Positions 60,701 to 64,000 of a stretch of DNA of 64,000 nucleotides are shown here, piece after piece. Position 1 is the first letter of the stretch. The number at the start of each line of letters is the position of its first letter. The notes below the pieces were generated by a model, which did no database searches, was not told where the DNA came from, and worked only from the letters and a program-made list of their open reading frames with translations. This stretch comes from Mitosporidium daphniae. Lineage: Eukaryota. The translations under genes were made by a program, and so were the position numbers. The stretch is from positions 1 to 64,000 of the forward strand of contig NW_013546645.1 of the NCBI RefSeq assembly GCF_000760515.2, in the 5' to 3' direction.

Positions 60701-63700
60701 ATCTTCAATGGTATCAGCCATGCCCACACAATCTGTAACCAAAGCAAGAAAAGATGGGGAAAATTCCAAAAAAGACGGATCTTTTTTCATGACAAAAGCT
60801 ATCGCTTCAATTATTCCGATCTGATGAGAAATAGGAAGCAAAGAGATGTCTCTTCCTTCTGGACCGCCAAGCCACTCTTGCTCAATGATTGTAGATCGGA
60901 TGGGCTCAAGTAGCTTACAAAGAGCCCGACCTGCAGCAGATGATACCACAGGAACGGGTGGGGTAGTTATTCCGGCACTTGGAATAGAAGGCCGTGCATC
61001 TTGTGTGGGGACCGATGAATTGAGTGTTTGCGATGATGTAATCGCAAGCGCTGGCTGCGCAGCGGGAGCTGAAGATACCGGTATATGGGGTAAAGCACCA
61101 AGAGCCCCAGACTTTGCAGCAATAACATCCCCATCCTGCTTTTCAAATTTCTTAGCCAGCTGTTCAAGCATCCCTTGTGCCATGGCCCTATTTTTTTCCA
61201 GAGGAGATGCAAGCTCCTGCGTCAAAACCCCAAGCAACCCTAAACAAGGAGTGTCGTTCCTTTCCTCAATAAGAACAAGCAAAAGGGAATCAAGGGCACG
61301 CTCGGGCGCTATCTGTAGCGAGCAAATGCCAACCAAATGCTGACTAGCCAACTCAAGGGACTTGAAAAGGGCTTCGGCACAAAAAGTGAGAGTGGTATCT
61401 GCAACTGAAAACCTTTTCTTTTTGGAGAATATTTCGCGTAACAGGTCAGATCCAGAGAGACGGGCATAGATGGACTTTTCTCGGAAAAGCCCGCATATTC
61501 GAAATAGGATGTCCTCGACGCCATGCTGGAACTCCTGTTGAGACAATTGCTTAAAGGCAGGATGATTTTGATAACATGTCCCGCGCAAAACTCGAAGCAA
61601 AAGAGAACACGCACAAATTCTCAGCTGTGGATTTTCAGAACATAAATACTCGTCAAAAAAAATATCAATAATATCGCTACTGCGCTCGCTATCCCTCATA
61701 GCATCGGCAAGCCCCAGTTCGAGGTTTTCTCTGATTTGATGCAAGAACGAGGCCGAAGGGAGATGATGATGATGATGATGATGCTTGTCGTCCATCTTTT
61801 GGAAATCATCGAAAGTTTTATCGAGAATTACGGGGTCATTAACGCAAAAGAAATGCCCGTCCACGGTACTAGTGTGGTCCGACTCGTCGTGATTAAACCA
61901 AGAAAAGTAGGCTAGATATCTGATCTGGATGCCGATCAGCTCTTTAGTATGCCTTAAGCGCTTTTCCTCCAAATAGGAACGAGTGATACGAGGAAGATAA
62001 TGAGCAGGTGATGAGGGAGATGCGCTATCTCGCTTCTTGAACGACTGCTGTGATTCTGGCAGCCACAAGAGCTCATTCCACTGTGAAATAAGCCGATGCA
62101 AAAAAGCCTGCTCGTGCTGAGCCTCTAAGGGCACCTGCAATGATGAAGAAAGATGCGTCTTGAAATTTAGTTGCCGTATGGGTCTCTTATTACGTCCTGC
62201 AAGCTTTCCAAGGATCCTAAGCGCAGTATGAGCAAATTGGGAAGGATATGGGAGAGGTCTGCAATGAGCCCAAAGAGCCTCAAGCAACTCTGGCATGACA
62301 CTGGACAAAATGGGATCGAGAAAATCCTGCGTCAAATTATCAATACAAAGCTCCAGAGTCCGCAAGCCTTGAGACAGCAATTCAGGCGTCATAAACGTTG
62401 AAGACGATGAGGAAGATGAGGAGGAGGATGACGAGCCACTCGAGATGTTAGACGTAGGTGCTGACGCTTGTGAGGCGGCAGATGTTGCTGATAATGGTAG
62501 AGTAAAGCCGCCTTGATTCTGTGACGCCGTACCAGAGGCGGATGGCATCATAATCATCATTGACATTGAAGGTGAGCTTATAACTTTTAACGAATACACA
62601 AGTGGCTTCATCAAAAGTGAAAGATATGGAAGCAGCACAGAAAGACGCACAGGAATGGTAAGCGCCAGCTCGACAACCAAATCCTTCAGCAAATCCGTGG
62701 GTTGTGGGTATGAAGGCGTTAGCGGTGTGTTTGATTCATGGCTACCTCTGGAAAATGTCTGAAGAATCTCAATGGAGTGAAGCAGGGCATTGAGTGTCTC
62801 AAGAATTGTTGGCAGAATAGGAAGAATTTCACGATAAAGAATTTCAAAGCGGCCACCCCCAATGGCTCGAAAAAGAGTTCTAAGAAGCAAAAGGGCATGA
62901 AAAGGCTCCTGTGACACTTTGGAAGAACCGCAACGTAAACACGAAAGGATCAGTTCAGGAAGAAAAGCTGCCCAAACACCCTCGATTTCTTCTGGATAAG
63001 CCCCCAAAGCCATCAACATTAATTTCATTATACGCTGCAGACGGGCTGCACTATCAATATTCATCACTTGGGATAGCTCATTGCCGCCGAAAAGATTCTT
63101 GGAAAGCCATCGAAGCAAATGAAGAAGTGTGATTTTGGCAACCTCCGGCCCTCCAGGTCCAACCAAAAAAACTTGAAGAAGTGCGGAGAGTGCAGGCACA
63201 GATGTAATTGCATTGTATATGTTTGGGCAGTTGGAGGAAATGATGTCCGAAAAAACAGAAACCTCCAGCAAAATGAAAATCTGCGCAATCTGCTCCACCA
63301 TGTCCTTTTCCTCTTGTGCGAGCTGGCTTTGCAAAAGAGACGCATCATATGCCAATCCTTTGGCAAAAAAATTGATCGTCTCACACGAAAGCGAAGAGGA
63401 AAGACCAGAAGAAGGCTCTTGGATGCATTTTTGATCGGACGCACAAAGACGCACCAATGTGGCTACAAGATCCCCAAAAAGACGGACAAACCAAATCGAC
63501 TCCTCATGAAGGATACCTCGAACCGAAAAGATTGCGGAAGACAAGGGGGCAGGTGATGGTTGAAGCGAGCGAAAGGCGAAAAAGATCACTTTAAGGCCTG
63601 TAACTAGTGCACGAAACAGAATTCTAAAATTTTCTATGCCAGTTTCTTCAGAACCGAAAACAGGCGTTTCCGAAAGCATATGAATGGCCCTACAGTACGA

Positions 63701-64000
63701 GTAAAATATTCTCCAATAGGCCTCTTTCCTATTGGCCATTGTAAGTTGCGGGTGGGAAGCAAGAGGAAGCCCGACCACAAAGTGTTCCGCAATCGTACTT
63801 AGCAGCCTAGCCGCCACGGCCCTGACGCCAAAAGAAAGACCGGAGCGGTTATGCTCGGACTCTAGCAAGCTTACAAATGCCGGTATCAAAGTCCAATTGA
63901 AAAGAGAAACCGGGATTTCCGTTCTAAAATGGACTATAAAATCAGCAAATGTGGTAATAATAATCGGTCGCAACGTACGCGCCGCTGTTGATTGCAGAGA
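51746..64000 (-). CDS. TRA1: Tra1/TRRAP pseudo-PIKK scaffold of SAGA/NuA4 (5' partial)
   Basis: LLLRTLFRAIGGGRFEILY, LVVELALTIPVRLSVLLPYL..LMKPLV, QGLRTLELCIDNL, YRGYHE.AW.IN.FA.VAR.H, IYTLPNIEIQDAF, FATC-like end DPRWHPEF. The frame is open to the window edge. Confidence 0.96.
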   Translation of the reverse strand, partial: SLQSTAARTLRPIIITTFADFIVHFRTEIPVSLFNWTLIPAFVSLLESEHNRSGLSFGVRAVAARLLSTIAEHFVVGLPLASHPQLTMANRKEAYWRIFYSYCRAIHMLSETPVFGSEETGIENFRILFRALVTGLKVIFFAFRSLQPSPAPLSSAIFSVRGILHEESIWFVRLFGDLVATLVRLCASDQKCIQEPSSGLSSSLSCETINFFAKGLAYDASLLQSQLAQEEKDMVEQIAQIFILLEVSVFSDIISSNCPNIYNAITSVPALSALLQVFLVGPGGPEVAKITLLHLLRWLSKNLFGGNELSQVMNIDSAARLQRIMKLMLMALGAYPEEIEGVWAAFLPELILSCLRCGSSKVSQEPFHALLLLRTLFRAIGGGRFEILYREILPILPTILETLNALLHSIEILQTFSRGSHESNTPLTPSYPQPTDLLKDLVVELALTIPVRLSVLLPYLSLLMKPLVYSLKVISSPSMSMMIMMPSASGTASQNQGGFTLPLSATSAASQASAPTSNISSGSSSSSSSSSSSSTFMTPELLSQGLRTLELCIDNLTQDFLDPILSSVMPELLEALWAHCRPLPYPSQFAHTALRILGKLAGRNKRPIRQLNFKTHLSSSLQVPLEAQHEQAFLHRLISQWNELLWLPESQQSFKKRDSASPSSPAHYLPRITRSYLEEKRLRHTKELIGIQIRYLAYFSWFNHDESDHTSTVDGHFFCVNDPVILDKTFDDFQKMDDKHHHHHHHLPSASFLHQIRENLELGLADAMRDSERSSDIIDIFFDEYLCSENPQLRICACSLLLRVLRGTCYQNHPAFKQLSQQEFQHGVEDILFRICGLFREKSIYARLSGSDLLREIFSKKKRFSVADTTLTFCAEALFKSLELASQHLVGICSLQIAPERALDSLLLVLIEERNDTPCLGLLGVLTQELASPLEKNRAMAQGMLEQLAKKFEKQDGDVIAAKSGALGALPHIPVSSAPAAQPALAITSSQTLNSSVPTQDARPSIPSAGITTPPVPVVSSAAGRALCKLLEPIRSTIIEQEWLGGPEGRDISLLPISHQIGIIEAIAFVMKKDPSFLEFSPSFLALVTDCVGMADTIEDQSSISMGVNSVSASLATPSSAGPAHAASNTTSSSPAPSATTPSGSQIASSPSVTSAVAKGSNGPFGARLRIACIRLLTAAMGSPTFSAPGNHLALRNRIVSIFFKSLYARNPDIVGASKTGLALVIAMQHKLPKELMQHGLRPVLMNLSDYKRLTIPGLEGLGRLLELLTSYFKAEIGRKLLEHLRQWAEAAKAASPSGPPEILAPEIGIIVAILDVFHLLPPTSSVFLEETLVALCSLEEMVRRTRASPFRRPVLRYLCKHLSVTIEVIVGGERLKDDRIVGLFCELMAMHSEARDIVLSPGTWELLASRLDLGENNQSWRDSPGANANFSEVVASMLLSLQRGTLSGHLQQDKDPLSCKNPSASGSSSVCKLLSPQLAESVSTLIVRMIQRHKVKPRKGGERILLRFGDAFATSLEDVLWQAGTALLVATAPKASDIAKVSSSDGVLHCNENAPLLLPLLAALVDSFPQVLEQRIQCDLNFICSLIDAVDPCDDPPNWAAREAFLVSWINDLKELDKVSQEKLVKIIEKRGFCSSALLFAIAKMSVRLNSESLNEWCHTTITTVAKELPTDGDEDRYNLAAAQVLLYASHPNEVGANGELESSFRVLLDFGGSNSTIVDSRRLFAVIEILTIALSMSLERVLSAILHVLAGYGPPMTKGLGSISGSEHVMASLSQQHGIVWSALASMTACSNQARVIPTSFSYKAPGFPPFLGIPSSAKIENSTAGVPSPIKTISPLQITAAMGQAPCWWWYSALEVISSLLSQPQSPISDLMKSGQLLIIDCIITLSINNSSATTPSPVSTTSSSKQHHVRKRTRVAQAAQPLPLIPILGPGVWEGTSETLFRIILSGQGYTLCSSSLMAKPTFTPPVNPSSTVCNGGGASLAASVSSMPCLEYDAYALKLAMSAAEAGLSLPWHLVDEIFQSSPAQTASMIPLPANAAQASSSAEPPMATQAFATSFSELPKPLRSILNALFLLEMIFCVNAKEERERYVKIIMERIPSLFPGFFFSYPTSLLQHGVSGGANSFSSAMTSSPLLSSVLSLRISLSLSGLLFYKKNGQVVERLDVVPSDFNPALIVSLPSLLPVLLFIWSNFGAVSSKRTTAALPTIAGEVLYAHEDNNDFQAKSTASIAAAPPTLLPISVLISMLSDLAREALAPGAPASASEVAFCTAIITEKDILMGGPQEILSTIRGLAMILIFDIIERDALASNLVSSSEERQKFLGVIGMITSHPMLYPLAVIEDILVRIFHWLNGGTFMLKEKMDLLFMAASCYAKLRENSSDSGHQAMEGHFGAGRDDHPNGQDGDHNLHHWGDLGLLLAKIRLGSIRKVRRAMVQLLCLVYGKSHVSMDLPSRSTPEAMPCSSFAHSEVTFQLQKDFLSLMVECRGEPELYDQLIEVIYLSLEFAQPSLEGPFKALRYILGVQNWEAIATSYWIHEALALIQRARGPLLSQFQGPISALARVDGAWAHVCWVRCFGEIAIAASQNREREGTDMILLSTIGADLSYNLSRPYHLLSSSSSTSWSPRNHTLPACTLLEAISALALHHPQIMVQFGLSEMLLRYLAKNFNWFAPVLSLETMCRASQNYEALGYLYEAMGESDGAFGARRCQARHGQTILASSLEQAEYLEGAQVVLEAAQAVARAGRLATEPLVKNEVGNIVNIMKDPCDSTACPSGDGSSFYYDAYGARKGSSCDAKKSENASSHSFGEGGDEMQQWQERWIAAARRLQQWDVLVELAKVDNDIDLSLDASWRLLDWSTSKDQAAVRAALELVADAPTPKRLFYDALLHLHQIITGVVGNIGGGGTGTSAGAGLSGGIHGPGANASSGSTVLSGRRVAELGRLIEEGFQVTLAQWAAMPWPLIGSSQNDSLSILFQLFVEVQEAAGLFLGAGGGGAGNLHLSNASPLQPQLTMVQELRGILGTWRERLPSIHYDSIGAWSELAAWRQSLFSAINGLFAATVTELDNMVIMGGAAGPGNMNAPSTAPSSASSAASSGGTLIYRGYHESAWLINRFATVARRHRLPDICVQLLNKIYTLPNIEIQDAFWKLSEQAQCYLDAFYDPLSAPWLTAAVPLHAAATFGGASGGATSANTDTNSSTAQATEGCADDQGAAKSSSTACCASPGTLLLVAGLEIINSTNLAYFGASQKSDFFSLKGRFLEALNLTGIEEANKVHSQAVQLDINHGRAWAAWGHYNRRRFRAFIAKKEEENHDLGVEAAGTCSADESSLTAGRSPGLAKPPPCSLNITSATSLGTTSPSTLTSFTALTPYPEEPNAQTFAMHAIHCYLQAMILGTSSSSSASHHQNANQRRNDPSTASSSVASASSSDPNGTNSSSHERSFCDEDAEDLRYGSGLSNGCTHSQALLLASMILKMLRMAPELAGIFDLYLAELPLAPWLPFLEEMLDDLRDSPGSSSTMELGSRLRSLLQRIGRLFPNLLFYPLSARIRSKALDSNGDEMAALLSMLRAVHPLATETMIIFLGEVQNSLMSAKKNNHLPSKKKRCNVVVSPVHVTSRWLSSFPRLPMDDELELPGQRLVLPRKGDTGASSTKIDSFGAILRQTDGHYGLVVYLSDGSVRAITIFNDTERVNAILGAATASRLLWMLGGVASKGRLVRQRASPLLTWNSSLLPLIASDALNGNGSCMVVLASPDIIVDPLSMAQCLNTTTGAAAQPAEVEIATAGPMKPQTPAKEQDIQMACSSVLAAFVAARLANSQDYWLYRKSFALQWAALITGWSILGSVRQRDLASIGLGPLAHGRLSWIGAALFERLDATAHELALSATERAPNASQEMSTQPNSACAIKIDPSSLRYDTQAPGMRVLHAPLVFRMGPALQTFLGRVFVDGLFVPSVHALADELSHRSEEISDLFDLLAGSQPTMEQRVRGPSIHARGALERIKVLACEKEKDIISAHVSAYVSQVVFSQEDIQDGGSTAAGTQATVQSESKVKQPLPVSLYAPIVELISQASKACQDISGVDPRWHPEF

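Noticed and set aside
52171..63556. Numerous short ORFs antisense to or overlapping TRA1 (and likewise within MON2 and SMC5)
   Set aside because: Expected shadow ORFs of long coding regions, with no recognisable motifs.

Overview
This is eukaryotic nuclear DNA, not prokaryotic. It is extremely gene-dense (about 37 protein genes, many spacers under 150 bp), uses the standard genetic code, and is full of tiny GT-AG introns, mostly 22-37 nt. These introns fragment the ORF track and hide several genes completely (Mnd1, Lsm2, Tim9, a 60-aa mitochondrial protein). Fungal-type Cdc7, Tra1 and Ahc1/YEATS, a CRIB-containing WASP, retained mitochondrial genes, micro-introns and stop codons overlapping AATAAA suggest a reduced early-diverging fungal relative. 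A Rozellomycota / short-branch microsporidian such as Mitosporidium fits; this assignment is inference. RNA genes: tRNA-Gln(CTG) and a clear nuclear RNase P RNA. Best leads: (1) a head-to-head inverted duplication of an orphan membrane/pseudokinase gene, with ~605-bp identical arms around a 173-bp potentially invertible spacer and divergent C-termini; (2) an intronless ADP/ATP carrier that looks amoebozoan (Dictyostelium-like) rather than fungal, a candidate host-derived transfer; (3) an ORF-free region with a telomere-template-like 13-mer and interleaved helices, a speculative telomerase RNA; (4) intergenic TTAGGGTT motifs; (5) orphan repeat-rich secreted/surface proteins. All homology calls come from recalled motifs, not database searches. 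Exon boundaries were derived by hand.
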